Below are positions 47,846 through 63,884 of a stretch of DNA of 64,000 nucleotides, piece by piece; position 1 is the stretch's first letter, and each line of letters begins with the position of its first letter. This stretch comes from Lingula anatina (taxonomy: Eukaryota; Animalia; Brachiopoda). Under the pieces are notes generated by a model. That model saw only the letters and a program-made list of their open reading frames with translations. It did not search any database and had not been told where the DNA came from. The DNA lies in NCBI GenBank assembly GCA_051362555.1, contig CM120641.1, positions 930,001 to 994,000 of the forward strand, in the 5' to 3' direction. The translations under genes were made by a program, and so were the position numbers.

Positions 47846-49885
47846 TGTACTAAAGAGAAATCGCATTGATGCTTTGAAGACAATTTGTGTCACAGGCGCT
47901 AAGTCTTGAACTCTGAGAACTAATTCCAGTTTCAAGTTTGACCAGGAAATACAACATTAAAAGTTAGCAAAACAAGATAACATGAAATATATTGGAATGC
48001 GGAGGATCTAAAAAACTGGATACATAAATTTTTAAAAACTTTTTAAATTTTCATAAGGTAGGCCTACATGTATAATAATATGCACATGTCCTTTGGTGGA
48101 AACTAAACTTTGTCGATCTGATGATGTAGTGTAGCCTTAATAAAGCAGTGTTTGCATCTTAATACACTGCACAGTTTAACAGTGCAAAGAACGTGTGTGA
48201 TTTATTTCTCAGGGTAAGCAATAGGGGCATTCTGTCCAAATCCTTAATAACAGTGATAAAGAGAAGGGAAACACAAAATATTCGGGCCCAAATATTCCCT
48301 CTTTAATATCAAGACTAAAATGTATGCAGGGCTGTCAGTAAACGCACCATTCATAATGACCACCAACGCCCCCTTATCTCCTATCATTTTTTGACTTAAC
48401 TGGTTGAGATACCTCTCATATTTATCTGGGATGTAAAGAATATTGAAGCTGCCGTCGATTAACTGCGCTGTACATCCATCAAACTAAGCACCCTTCTCTG
48501 AACGCAGCAATTTGAATGCCAGAGGTTCGTGGTATTTTCGATTAATTGAAGTTGTTTATCATGTGTTGTGACCCTTGAAGAGTCGATTGACCTGTTATAT
48601 TAAGACTGCATGTAGGTTCGCTGACCCCTCGCCTAACCCGGAAAACTTCGTGAAAATACTGTCGGAGATAAAAAAAGTCTAAGATGATCAGGTTTACGTC
48701 GGCGTTCGGATATAAAGCATTAATGCAAAATATCGATACACGAAATGAATATGGAGAACGGGACTTAAATTAAGATTTTATAATGGAGCAATAAAGTATT
48801 GCAAATTGCAAAATAATGGAATTGTTTCTCTTCGTAGATCTTATCAGAAGACTTGTGAGGGAAACCAAATTATATACTCAAAGAGCACTATCAATATGGA
48901 ACTTTATAAAACACAAATTTTCACTATTTGAGTTTAATTAAAATGAATGGAATTTATGATAAGACCACATCAATATTTAAGAGAGTATTTTATGAAGGGG
49001 ATATATCTTTTCTAATTTTACTTGAGTCTTTGTTCTAGTTTATGTTTTATGAATAAAAAAGTAGTATGGTATGGTATGATCAATTTTACAGACAGTTGTG
49101 TGTGAAAAAGGTTGAAACTCTTTTTTTTCTTTAAATTAACAAAGATCTGGTCTTTCGGACATATTGTTCATAATTAGTTCTAAAAATGAAATCTTTCTCA
49201 TTTAGCATCTGCCAAAATATGACTATAAACCGGACTTTTTCCTTAAAACTGACAAACGACAGCTAACCAGTCCGACTTTACCGTTCCTCAAGGATGCGGC
49301 GGGCATCAACACACCCCAAACCAAATAAATTTGACGGACATTGACAAATTTCTTCCATGCCGATCTTTGACCAGCGGCGTGACTTCCATGTCGAACTAAC
49401 AAGGGCCCCTCATTCTTTCTGTAAATGTCATCTCTCTGATGGGAAATAGTATCCGATGCTTTTTAATCAACCTCGATGACAGGGTCTGCCACCAGGATGG
49501 AATAAAAAAAGCATATGACGGGTTAATTGGCTGTCAAAAATGCAGATCAAAGAGAGTACGGTTAAAGTATTCAGTGTCTACATTAAAACACAATATTGAT
49601 ATGGCGAATCTACAGTCTAGTGTACTATATAGAGGAAGATTTGACATAAGATTTGTATGGGACGAATGTCTGAGTGCAAACAACATTCACTGCCCAGTTT
49701 CTATTGTGTCGGGACCCATGTGTCATCTTTACTTTCCCTCAATTTTCTTTTACACGTGTGTTTTTTAAAACTTGTGTTGTTGTAAAGCACAAAGAATAAG
49801 TTTCTCTGTCTATCGTATATGACAAGATATATGACAAGCTCTAAAGTAAATGAAGCCCTCCCCGCTGAGCCTCTCCCTCTCCTCA

Positions 49886-49919
<34 letters not shown>

Positions 49920-52900
49920 GTATGAGAGGCACAGCAAGGTGGACGGGGGACGCAGGGTGCTCTAAGGGTTAGTGATTAATAGCGCCTGTGATTGGCGACA
50001 GCGTTTCCACCTGTTATTTTTGATGATGTTGGTCTCCGGTTGCAGACAGCAAGGGAACCAATTAAACTTTTCTGTATGTTGACAAAAGCGTCGCTCGGAA
50101 TTCCGCAGGTCCAGAGGTTGTTGAATTCGATATCCTTTCAAACATTTGATCTGCTCAAAATGAGTTTATTTAAAACTGGTACCGAAGAGAAAAAGCGCTA
50201 AGATAATTGTACACCCACAAGATAAAAGTTAAAATTCTTGAGAATTATCGAAAACGGAAACGAAGAAAAAAATCCGTGAGTAATGTCGAAATTTAAAACA
50301 AGTTCCACCTAATGTTAGATATTAAGGAAGCTATTTTAGTAAAATTGTGATCTCAATACTCATTATTACTTTGCTTTCTTGAACCAGAAATTATTCATGA
50401 TATAGAAAACGTTATAATGCTTAAACTACAAATAATCAAATAGATATGAAATAATATTTTATTAGATTGATCAACATTATTTTCGTGACGTTAGTTAAGA
50501 AGTGTCTTGGTGAGGACAGGGCGGAGAGGAGGGGGCGGAGAGGACGGGATGGAGAGGAGGGGGGATTCGTGAATAAACCAGTCACCAGATTTATCGAATT
50601 TGATCTTTTGATAGAAAGCAGCGACAGCGACAAAGAAAGAAACGTTGAGTTGAAAAAATTAAGTTACTCGGTCTAATGGATTTTGTAGAAAAAAAAAGAG
50701 AAGGAGCAATATTGTAAATATCCCAGAAATCTTAACATGAAATAACAAGTTAAGCATTAGTTGTTCCAATTCTGCTAAAAAAACCTTTAAAAGATACATT
50801 GCATTCATTTAAGAAATAACATTTTAAATGCGGCCCTTTTGAAGATATTGAGAAGAAAATAAAAGATATGACGCTTTTTGCTTATATCTTTTTTTTTTGC
50901 AATTTCACTTACATGTAGCGTTTGATAACGAAGCCATCTTTGTGATGTGCGACTAACACATTGTAATTATTACCTGACCGACGCTGAAATGAAAAAATCT
51001 GCATTTCAAATCAACTGCTGGGGTCTTAAGGTCTTGGGATTCAATTAACCGGTCTCCCATTTTACCTAAGATTGTGATGGAATTTACATTTCCAGATGAA
51101 ATCAGCTCCGGAGATCACAGGCTACAGATTTATTGCTGGGGTTTTGAAAAGCAATGGGGCCGTAAGTTTGGGTTGGAAACGCTCCGCATAGAATACCGCA
51201 CCGTGTAATTAGTCTGCTATCTTTTTAACATACAATAATATCCTAACGAGCTATTTAGAAATTGGTGTAGTCATAGGACCAGCATCAGTAACGCTCACTT
51301 AAAACGGGGCGGCTCGAAAAAAGAAATTTTCTGCTTCGAGTGAAAAAGTTGAATATTTGCACGAGGATATTAAGTTGGTTGCCTGGACGGCGTCATTGCC
51401 CTAATTATAGTCGTTGTGAGTTGAGGATAATCGTTCAGAGCTTCATATCAAAATTTCTTCACGTTGTTCCCAAAAAGACGGGATTATATTGTATGATGAA
51501 AAGAAATAGCTTAATCGCGCAAACAGCAGCTCGGGTTGTTCCTGCTCTCAAACGCCGGATGGATATTGAAAAAATGACAAAAAGACAATGAAAAGAAGAA
51601 CGGAATATTGTCATCTTTTCAGGGGACAAAGGAGTGCTGCTTTCCATTGTTATGGTCATTGAGGAGAATAGTGCTTTTACGATTTGAATTATTCCAAGAT
51701 TTGCTGTTAGCTCATTAAAATCGTTTCAAAAATTTAAACACAGCTTTGAAGGGCTTACTGGATCTTAATAGCTAAGAAGTGATAAGAGTATACTTCAAAA
51801 GGCTGTGCGGAATTTTTTTTATTGTTTGTGGATCATCCAGCTTGAGGCGGTGGTATGCGAGGGAGACAATTATGATTGTGTAATAAATGAAGTAAAACGG
51901 TGGTCATTTAGTCGACTGGTATTTCAGATTATGAGACTTTTCGTTTTGCCATAACACCCCCCTCCCTCCAAAAAGTTTTAATGCAATCCAATTCCTTCTA
52001 ATGAAATGTTATGATGTAACTCGAAAAGCAAGGTGCTACTAAACGTCAATGATCTAAAATTATCATCGAGATTTTAGAGACAATTTTGTTTTGAGTCGCA
52101 TAACCTTGTCATTGACAGTGGGATTAATACCGGTTCTCATGTTTATGAGGTAAATCACGTCAACCTGATACCAAAATATCCAAGTCATGTTCATCGAAAA
52201 AATGCCGAAATCCAAAGATGATTTGTTAAAAAAGGCATTACAGTTGAGAACATGCCGCAAGGGTTTGCGCTCTTGAAGTTGGGTGCTTATATTATTATTT
52301 TATTTTGGAAAACTGGTGGACATCATATAAACTGATCATTTGACGCAATTTTACCTCTTTCTCAATGTATAGTATTTCTTTTCAAGGATTTTCTAATTGT
52401 TCAGTCACTCAATAAGGTGTAGAATCTTTCGCTCAGTTTGGTTTAGTGTTAACACATTCCTTGTTTATGATAAGTTATAATGCAATGTAATGATAATGAA
52501 ATTGATTAATGATGATGTAAAATTCACATTTAAATAAAACCCAAAATTGATAGGTATACTTAATTATTAAACTGATAGTTTTTTTTACGTGACTGATTGT
52601 AAAATATGGAACAGAAAAACTAGAATTCAAATATAGTTACTTTTACTTACATATATAATACTTATTATGCCAATAAAATCATAAGTAATGAAATTATTTT
52701 GCTATCAAAAATGCAATCTCTTTTTTTAATGTTATATAAGGAACAATTCGAAGACTCATGGCTTTTTATCAAGCCACCAAGTGCAAATCCATTCCTTGTC
52801 AATCGACAGGCTAACCGCGTCTGTTTCGTCACAGGAACATTTCTCTTGGTGCAAAAATTAGAAAACGTGTTCGGAATAGATTGGAAGCGTATTAAGACCG

Positions 52901-53426
52901 AGTACTAATCTAATCAGCAACGACAGGGTAAACCCGACAGGCGGCGAGGCGACCGGGACCAGAACAACACAGAAGATGGAAAACCGTTCCTAAGCCGAGA
53001 CCCGGGAGACCTGCCTGATCCGAGTCACGACGCAACTTTCTGAGCTAACTTCTTTTTGGAGTTGAACCAAAACTTCATCAATCTTCGTCCAAGGATGTTG
53101 CGGACCACCCCTGACAGATACTGAGGCCGTGTGAAGATTGGGGCGTGTGGGTCCATAGTTATGGCAGCCCAGTTATGGCAGTGAGGGCAGTCCGCTTGAT
53201 GTTTTTTTCCTCCCTTTTTTCTAATCAGAAATAGTATGATTCTTCAGCTTATGAATTAGAAAACAAATAAACCAAACAATTCCCAGCAAAAATGTAAAAT
53301 ATCAAGAAACTTGAGAAAACTCGCAAAAATGTAATTTTCTTGATTAATTTGGTTCGATAAATCTCATAAAAATAACGTTAATTCGTTATATATTTGAAAT
53401 TGATTTTACAATTTTAAAATGATTTC

Positions 53427-53428
<2 letters not shown>

Positions 53429-53474
<46 letters not shown>
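53429..53474. repeat. (CA)n microsatellite
   Basis: About 22 CA units. Confidence 0.95.
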
Positions 53475-53476
<2 letters not shown>

Positions 53477-56400
53477 CTTGAAGCATCCAAAATTTCAGCC
53501 ATATAGAAAGATGTTTCAAATATATTTTTCATATGAATATTCATATATACATTTTATTTGTATTTTTGATTTGCCACATTTGATTCAAAACCATGAAGGT
53601 CAATTTTACGCGTCAATGATAGCAAGACTCCACTTTCAGCAATTATAAAATTTTGAAAATTTTGATGTATTCTTGATAATATCAAACGAAATTCTAAAAA
53701 ATTAACTCTTCGCGAGCAAGATCGGAAATTTCATTTTTCAATTTAGTGGAAAACAGTCATGCATAACTGTAACTTGAAACAGGGTATTCTGTGCTTCATT
53801 TTTTTATTTTATTGTGTCATTATGGAGAAGACTAGGGCGGTACCAGGAAACGACAAAAACCTTAAAGTACAACAGTGGCTTGGGTTAATCCACAGATTCC
53901 ATTTTATCATTTACAGGGAATGTAATAAATGATTGCAAACAGCTCGACTAATGTCTGCATACAACTGTATACAATGTAATATATACAACTGTTCATATTA
54001 TATTAACGCTGCTATGAAAATCGATAAATCAACTTAAGTGTAAAAAGCGAAATTTGGTTTGCTTTTGGTGTAGTCAATTTTAATTGGTGTACCCGTATAC
54101 TGTATCTTGTATCACGCAGGATTCGGTTAAAAATATTGAAATTATTTTTGAACTGAAGTGTCAGTGCCATTTCTTTGTATCCTTCAATACTAAAACTGTT
54201 CAGTTCCTATGTCTAGAAGAAGAAACACGGTTCCAGTTCTGTATATATGGAAATAATAGTCTTCCAGTTCATCAAGAAAACACGTGCCCTCAGGTTCCGG
54301 GAAGCAATTATCCGTGAATACATTGTTCTAACCGACATCAGACCACGATAAAACAGAAATGATATGCATCGTTTATTATCATTTTGACATACAGAGGAAG
54401 GAGCGGGGCATCGGGTACTGATCATATTAATGGTAGTCGTCATAATTCCAAGACTTCACGAACATTTCAGACATTTTCGCATTTATTTGAACAAAGACCT
54501 TCCTTCGACCCATACTTGCAGAGTTTTTATACATGCATTATATTTCTTTCCTATTAAAAAAAAAATAAATTATGTGGTTTTGTTGCTGCGGTGGTGGTCC
54601 TTCTAAAGTGTGCTTTTGGTAGAATTTTACTTGCTCGTAATCAACTACGTAGATTTCAATTCTGTTAACATCAATTTGTTGGAATTTGTTCCGTTTTTCT
54701 TTCTCTTGTGTTCACTACGGTTCAAAGCCTTTTATCTCGTAAGTGGTGTCATGAGTACGGGCCACACATATTGAAAAGATAAAAGGCACGTCGTGCACGT
54801 GTACACACGTCATATGTGAAGTAGTGAGGGGAGAAGAGATAGATAGCATGTGTTAACGACATTACTTGTTTGCTGACGCTAGTAAAAGAAAAAACAACAA
54901 GGAAAAGTAACATGAGTAGAGAGAAAGAGAGAGAGAAGGAACAGAGAAAGTAGTGATTTCATTACGGGCTTCACGATGTTCTATTTGGCTTTTGGCTTAT
55001 CATGGTCATCATTAACTTCAGTATAAGTTTATTTTTACAATAAGTATGACTTATTAGGTATACTAAAACTACAATAATAACTTTAAAATATGATACCACA
55101 GAGATTCATATCCTGACAATTTTATAATTAATTGCTTTGTGTGACTACGTGTTGGTTGGTTTTGGTTATTCTTTCTTTTATTGCTGTATATAATAATAAC
55201 AGAATAAGACATTATCTCACGTCACGTGGTTGTACAAGATAGCTGTATTGTTTTATTGCAGTTTTTTCCATGAGCACTTAAGTCCCTGCTAACCGTAAGT
55301 TTCTTGAGTCCACTTACATGAAAATAAGATATTTGATTTATTTTCTTCTTTTTTTTTTAAACAACGTTTATTCAAAAGAATGAAGTGGAGGCAAGGCGCT
55401 GGAAGCATTATATGCTCTCCACAAAATTAAATTAAATAAGTAAATAAATAAATAAAACAAATGGATAGGTATATACATATATTTATTTTCTTCTGAGAAG
55501 TCACAAGAGAAAACGTCAACATTCAGTTTAATCATTTAATGACGACAAAGTTTAAGAAACGATTCAAGTGCACACGGACTCTTGTTTACGTAATTTTGTT
55601 TAAAGTCTTGTGGAGCAAAAATCGCGAAGAAGTTTATTTGACAATGATAAATGTTTTCATTACATTTGCTTTTCAAAAAAAGTAGTTAAAGTCCATTTAG
55701 ATTTACCATTCCCAGATAAGAATCAAGATATTATTTTAAAAAAGCACAAGTTGTATCAAATATATCACGTACAAATTGGAGACAGACAGACGTAAATGTT
55801 CTTTCTACTTTTAAAGGAGTAAAAGGCGTGAGGAAGTGATTGGAAGGCGGATCGATTACAAAGCCCGCCTTAAACGTTTCCCCATTGAATCTAAAACAAC
55901 ACATGATCTTTCGAGTTAGCAGAAGGGCAAATGTACTCATTAATCAATATTAACTATTATAAAATAGAGTCAGAGGGGAGTATTAGATATCCAGTCAACT
56001 AGTGAAATGCCGCGGTACTCCGGCAGGGGAGGCGAGAAGTGGCGCCAAAGTGAGAAATCGGACGAAATGTCTGCTTGTTTTTTTTTCTTGTCAATTTGTT
56101 CAGATTTAATGTTATTTTTTCAAACATTGGAGTCCGAGATTTTTTGTCTGTCAAAGTTTTACTTTGTTAATAGTGCCAGTCATGTGGAACGCTATGTGCC
56201 CCGGCAACGTTTTCGATTTCGAAACAAAAGGAAACGAATAACAGAAACGTTTTTATTAAGCAAGACGTTTTCCTTTTTTCTGAAAAAAATCTGTATCCTC
56301 TTTTACCCCTCCCTTTCCTGTCGTCACTTTCTCTCTCTATTAACCCTTCTTTCTTTCTTTTTTTATAATTGAATAGGATTTTTTAAAATTGAATAGGATT

Positions 56401-59400
56401 TGATTGCAAATTGGCAAACATAATGCTGCAAATAACTCACTGAGTTCCAATATGTGATTGCTTATTTTCTGTATATTTCTGATGTTCTTGTTCGAATAAA
56501 CAGAAAAAATGGTTTTATGAAAGTCCGATTCTTAAAAAGACTATGAAACTCTACTGTCTAATTTTACTAGCCTCTATCTCTCCTGTGTTGGACATGGAAT
56601 AACTGGAAATTTGATAAATCATTTTGCACGGGACCAACCCCCAGGTTTACGGGGTCAGGCCAACTCCAGGGTCAGGGACATGGTATTTTTTCCGTCACCG
56701 GACTGTGAAACCCATGTCAACATGAACAATAGATCGCTGTCGATAGAGAGAGAGAGAGAGAGGGAGATAGGGGATAGAGAACACTGTGGATAATGTATGT
56801 ATACTTGAGATTCACTGATTATATAAATGATTGAATGGTATATTTTTGAAACAATTTCGTTAGTGACATTTTATTAAACGGCAGAGATATACAGTGCTAC
56901 TCGAACGCACGTAAAAATTAGGCGTACACCTTTACCCAGCTCCAATCTGGATGATTTGTAGTCTACAAAGACAATTGCCGATAAAATGAGTTGCGTAATA
57001 ACACACATTGACGCTGCAGATGGAGAGGTTTTTCTCCTTGCAAAGTTCCCTATAGGATTTGTTCAGTGTCTACCATCAGCCAATTGTTTGTTCTACTTAA
57101 ATATATTTTTATATCAGTATAAATATTACTCCGTCTTCTGATAGTTACAGAATTAGGTATGTATTTGTGTCTAGTAATCGTTTAATCAAGATCGTTGCCA
57201 GTATCAAAGAATTACTACACATACGTTTAGATAAACAATCTGTTGTGGAAAATAGCGTTTTGACATTTTTTTCCCTCAATATTTTGTTATACTGCAGGGT
57301 ATATTCCTTATTCATTGAAACGTATGCATCTACATGGATAGATGAAAATGTACAAAAGGAATGCAAATATAAATAGATATGAATTATGTTAAATAGTGAT
57401 ATTGTACGACTCCTTGTATGAAAAATACAAAACATATTTGTCAGAGCCCAAATGGCTCTACCTACTCATCTGGTAATGGGTGCAGCACAGTCCCTTTTTT
57501 GGAAGGCTAACCATAAATATTTGGCAAGAGCAATAATATGTTCATTCTTCTGTTATATATTCATTCTGTTGAAAATGAAAAAATGAATTCATCTTTCAAT
57601 GAATTTAATATTTTCTTTAATTTTATAAATATAATTAGTCCCTCCAAATTCATTTAGATGCACGGCTTGAGATCTTTGTGACTCACTAAAAACAGAATTA
57701 AAAATGCGCATTTCAGTATTACAATCTAGATTATTGTCTTACTTTTTCTAAGAAGATATTTCTGTCGTTTTGTTCTTAAAATAGCCAGAAATATTGATTT
57801 ATTACCTCTTTTTATTCATGTATAAGCGTGCTTGTTAAAATGATTTAATTATATTTTTCCTGATTTAACGCCCGTGTTTGTTATACGACAGTCAACACTC
57901 ACAGTCAAGTTTAGAAAAAGCAACAGAGTGATGAAAATTGCACAAAATTAAAAATAAACGCATATAAGACACACGAATTTTGATTACTGACTGTGACACT
58001 ATCCTTCTTTAAAGGATGTGATTAAAAAAAGTAGAGATGACATAGGATCATTTTCATTGCTAGAAAAAAAACTAAGGACCGCTAATCAGCTTACTCACTT
58101 CACAAAAATCTCATAACTTATTTTTTAAATTTAGATTGCTTTACCTTTTTTTTTTTTTTTTTTTTTTGCTTTTTTAGTATATTTATATATCCAACAACTG
58201 GAACGGAATTATGTAGACAAACTGATATATGGCTACCACACCAAAAACAGTTTTCTAGAGAATGATTAATTAAAAGCTGTGTCTCTGTTTACTGTGTTTA
58301 CCATTAAATCTGCCGACGAAACAGAAATCCCCGGTCGGTTATGAGCCCAAATAAATATTTCCTCGTGTCAGGTGCGTATGTAATAATGAATAAATAAACT
58401 TCTCGCGTTTGCGGCGAAGCCCCAAGAAAATATACCAGGCTCCACTTATTCGCATCTTTCGCCATTTCTATGAAAAATGTCTGTCACGGTAGAATTTATT
58501 GGTCTGTAATCCTTTAGAGATTTCAGTAAAAATCCATTTGGACGAGCCAAGGCAGGAGACGACAGCTGTGTTTTCTTTTTTACTCTTTGAAAGTTTACTC
58601 CCTGGAAAACGTTTTACTCCTGAACGGTGCCTATAAACCCCAGTTACGTCTCCTGCACGCTGCCTAACATTGATCAGTCGCTGTTGCGCAAGATATATGT
58701 TTCGGCTGGATGAAAACGTTCTCAGGTTATAGGGATAAAAAAGAAGAGAAAATTAGTAGACGGTATCGTTATTGACGCCACAAAGGTGCAAAAATAAAAC
58801 AGAAGAAAAAAGAGAAGGGAGAAAATCGTTTTTAGTGTCTATGGCTCCACCACTCCTGCGGGCAAGGGGGGCGGGGTTGGTTATACTACCAACTGCAGTT
58901 CCTCAGGTAGAGACTTTCTTACAAATATTTTCACATAGGTAGGAGCAAAAATGTAATCACAAGAATTACAGTTTCTGAATGAAGTCTTCAAAATATTGGC
59001 TTGTGGACCCTTTTGGTAAGGGTGAAAAATCACTGGCTTGAGGGACAGTGGTGATTTCTCAAATTGGACTGAGATTTTTCTCAGAGATGGCATCATACAT
59101 GTATCGCGTTGACTGAATCAAAGGCATTAAAATTTTGTACCGACAATTAAAGGCATGAAGCGACCTCGGTTGAAAACAATGCAAACAATGAATTGAGTTT
59201 TAAAGTGAATCTACAAATAGACAGATCGAACGAAAATCGAAGGCGATTCCGTTTTATGACATCCCAAAATTAAGATGTAGAAAGCATGCGGTTCAAAACC
59301 TACAAGAAAAATACCAAATGATCATTTTTCACAATTGAAACCTAGCGTGGCTCGTTCTCTTCGGTTTTGTGCACTTCATTAAGCTGGCAGGGAGGAAAAT

Positions 59401-60055
59401 AACTCCTTCCTCCACACCTTCTTCTCTGCGTCTGAACGAGAGGCTCTTTCAGCCGAACCCCAGCCTGTCATCGCAGTAATTAGTAACAGTTTTCGCTACA
59501 TCAGAGCAGGTATTCCCATCCTATTTCTCCAGCAGTCTGGCTCATTCCTGAGGAGCCAGGAGATCAGAGAAAGACTCCGAGAGATACGACCTTGATGGCA
59601 GTCGATCATCGCTGAAAGCACTGTGGAAAGGTCAACACGCGGGAAAGACCTTCCACCGATTATCAGATATGATGGATGATTTAACTGAAAATAGCAGTGC
59701 AAGAATTATGAATAAGTAAAGTGTTGTTGTCCCATGTAAATTTTAATATGTGTATATCGACCGGATAGCGGCTGCAGCATTTAGGAAGATGCGTTTTATT
59801 CCGGAGAGGACTAAATTCTTAATTTCGACAATGTGCGTAAGAACAAGTACGTTAGTGTTTTTATAGTTCACGTAGTTGGCACTACATTTCCTAATGAATC
59901 AGTACTTTTATATGCTACGTAAAATATAATTAAGTAGCATTAAAAGCAATTTAATGTAGTTATAGTGGACTGATATTAAAAAATTCTCTTCTCGTTTCTT
60001 ATATTATCCTTCAACATAAGACAGTAAATTTAAATGATCTCTGGTAGTTGTGTTC

Positions 60056-60058
<3 letters not shown>

Positions 60059-60136
<78 letters not shown>
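60059..60136. repeat. (TA)n microsatellite
   Basis: About 39 TA units. Confidence 0.95.
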
Positions 60137-60140
<4 letters not shown>

Positions 60141-63100
60141 TTCATTTATTGTGTTTATTGTGACACAAATGGCTAAAATATAGAGGACTTTTTTAAAAAA
60201 TTATTTTTCAAATGACAAATTTGACTTCAAGAAAAAGCATGCATTTAAAACAAAGCAAGTGCTCCAAATGTCATAATAATGGACATGTAAAAAGCAGTTG
60301 CGAACAAAACAACAAAGAAGGGAAAAGCCGCAGACTAAAGACAAGCAAACTTGCAAATGAGAATTTCATAGCAGAGTGCGAACAAGCCAAGATCGCCTTG
60401 AAAAGCGGTTCACGAGAGGTCATTTATTTTCAATTTACTGCATTGTCGTTGTAAATAAAAGATCGAATTTACAGCGGCGGGGCACGCTTGGTGCATTCCG
60501 ACACGGATTGGGATAATATCTTCAGAAGTGATCGGTAAACAACGTCTCAGAAGTCTCTAACACCACACACGGACTCCCCGGTGCCTTGCTTGACACGCTG
60601 GAGAACTAGTTCATGGGAAGAAAAACATTTTCTGGGCTGATGCAATGGATAGGTGTTCGTATAAAATACGTTAAAATGGGGGTGGGGGGGGGGGGTGTTA
60701 AGGCAGAACAAACATTTGCTCTTGCTCCCTCTTTCTTAATATCTTAAATACCCTAATTTGCTTTCAAAAGATTACACCACGCACATGATGGGTAAAATTT
60801 CAACAGCTCCAGTAGTTTTTTTTCGATAAAGATGATTATTTTGTGGTGCATTTAAAAGTATTTGGAAAATATGTTATTTAAAACAAATATTTAAACATCT
60901 AAATTTTATTTTTCGGAGTTACATATGTGCACTTCAGATGGCTGTGCTTAATTTTTAGCATCAATATTTTTAAAGGGGTTTATATTTTCAGCGACTCATT
61001 GCCAATCCTAAAGAAACCAAAGTACAGAGATTATAAATCACTCAGTATAAATACTGTGAACGTAGGAAAAGCATCACTGCCCAACACTCTCTATCTTCCT
61101 GTACTTGCTTTTTAAATTGGTAATGGATATTGATACTAAGAAGTATGAATTTCAAATGAAATAGTAAATAACTGTTAATTTTTGGAGCAAAATGTAGTCT
61201 CTGATCTATAAATAAATGAACGGCATGAATGAAATAAAACGGTTTAATGAATAAATTCAGAAATCCTTCCAGCTTGTCCAAAATTTAAGAATTTACTTCT
61301 TGGCCAAAATTAACCGCAACATGGCCGGCCGGGACAGCAGTGCAATGATCTCACTGTGAGGTGCGTTTTTCCTCCATCAGTCATCTATCAACCAGATTTG
61401 GACAACTGTCATATCTTCAAAGCGTAAAAATGATAGCTAATGGGTACCATAGGAAAATAAAAAGCTTCACACCAAAATTTAAACTCTCTTTTAATTTGGA
61501 CAAATTGCCATCGGAGCAATTTGTTCCCCATTCGTTTCCATTATATGCCGAGCCTGGGAGTTGGAGCGTCCATTAAATTTCATTAAAACGCCATCAAAGC
61601 TATATGCAGAGGGCTCTGTGGAAAACATAACCGTTCCTGGGTTCAAATGGCATCGCAGTTATAATAAGTTTGTGGGCCGGAATGACAGTCAAGGGCGGGC
61701 AGTTGGTGGCATCATAACAGCGATATAAATTATTCGATTAAAAACGTGACAGGGAATCCCATTTCGGTCAATTAGAGACCTGGATATTTCTAAACTAATG
61801 TAAACATGGATTTGTTCAAGTATAAGTGATTATATATCGCGTGATCCGACGAGCCTTTATATTCTGGGCCAAATATTCTCTCTCTTTCTTTCTTTCTCTC
61901 AAAACAACAACAAAAAACGTGTATTTCAAATAAGAATACATTCTATTTCTTACCACTGTACAAAGAGTAAACGTCGTCGTGTAAGGATCAACATGGAATT
62001 ACAAGCACTGAACAAGATATCCTACAGCACACAGTTTGAAATAACTAAACTAAGAAAAATGTTACTGCGCTGACGGCACTCAGTGTGTCCGGGGTTCACT
62101 TTACCTCGCTGCCCCGCCGCCTCTTAAAAAATCTCATAATGGAAAATTGATGGCAAACATGACGACATTGTGCGATGGAAAACTTCAGACATTGTTTGAA
62201 TACAGTTTAACTTTGTGCTTTCTTGAAAGGGTACAAAAAGTATCCCAAAATATCTGTAAAAAAAAGAAAAAGGCATAAAAAATGTAAAGCATTTTGAGGA
62301 ATTAGCTGCTTTCAACGCAGGCATCAAAGTTCGAGGCAGACGGTCAGAGAGTATTAGTCTGTTAAAACCCAAAAAGTTTGCAAAATCCAACTCAGTTTTC
62401 TCTTCAAATTAGCACTGTTCACGCTGGTCATTCTTTCTTTACAATCTTTGAAGAGACAACGTGGCGTGAAATATGTCAGTTAGGAACGCTGCATATGCAC
62501 CAAGAACGCAAAATCATTCACCCCTTCGTTCTGGCTCAACCGATTGTCTATAAAACATCAGAGTGGGTTCAGCGTGCCTCCTGGGACGTTTTTACCATCC
62601 ACCATATACCCCAGTACAATAATCGTGGTCCAAATTTCTCGCTGCCGTGACACTGTGACTAACTCCGTGTCCGTGTCTTTTTTACTCTCACATGTATGTC
62701 AACATTACGCCAATATAAATGCCAAATCTGTTGAGTCAAAGCTATAAACGTCTACAAACAAGTAGTCACAATGCTTTCTATGTAAGTTGCAGTGTCAAAT
62801 ACTTGTTTAACCAAACTGCTCTTAGGATATAGAAGTTCGATAAACATCAAAAATCAACTGCTGAGCCCGGTTCTGGAGTGAAAATGCTGCATGAATGTTC
62901 TAATATTGTAACAAAACCTGAGGCAATTTCTATATACCAAACATGATTCAGTTAGAAGTGGTTAAGTGAAATAACTGTTCTTTTGATACAATAAATTCGA
63001 TGCATAAATAAATGAATAAGGACACAAAAATGAAAAGACCAGACGGGCAAAACAGTCTAATTGCACTCATATATATTTGGCACTGGCCCCATAAAAACTA

Positions 63101-63884
63101 TTGTGCATTTTAAAAAATGCCCTTACCACTTTCAGCAACTATATGCATATTGAATTTTGATACCAATATAAGTAAACTGTAAAACATTTCTGGATAGCAC
63201 CTAAAACTAATAAATATCTTTAATACCTATTCCATTTTACTTTTATTAAAAACCATTTGTCAAAATAAACAATATATTAGAAGCAGTGAAACAGTCTGTC
63301 CAGTGACATGTTTAGATTAACGTAATCGATGTGTTCGACATAAATAAAAAAATACGGACGGATTACACAAAAAAAGGAGCTTTCCAAGTGAAATAGACCA
63401 GTTTAACCAGCAACAAAATATCTTATCTAACAGTAAGGTTAAAGCAAGATGTGTATCATCAAGCAGATAACTTCAGTTTAGGATGAAAGACCACCCTGAC
63501 TTTCAATTCCGAGCAGAACAAGAAACATTTAGCAGCTTCATTTAGAAATAAACACAAGTTGGCCAGACTCGAAGCTCGCGCTGAACGCTGAAGTAACACA
63601 GAAGAAAAACTCTAACCATATAATAAGACAGCAGTCTAATAATCTAAATACCTTAACCAGATATTAAAAAATAGTATACTGTGATACCAGTAAACATATC
63701 ATAAACGCATCAAAAACATTATAAATAACGCATGAGAATGATATATTATTATTATTCAAACTACCTTTGTTGAGGAGTATCTAGCAATCTTAGCACCATT
63801 TCACTACCTGCCTTGAGCAGTCTTGCAATCTTCATGTTATATCCCAGTGTCAAAGTACACATTCATGTAAAAGTAAAACCCCAC

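Noticed and set aside
49439-62747. Numerous 60-120 aa ORFs in the right-hand region
   Set aside because: Low-complexity, F/L/I/K-rich translations of AT-rich DNA with no domain motifs or consistent splice chain.
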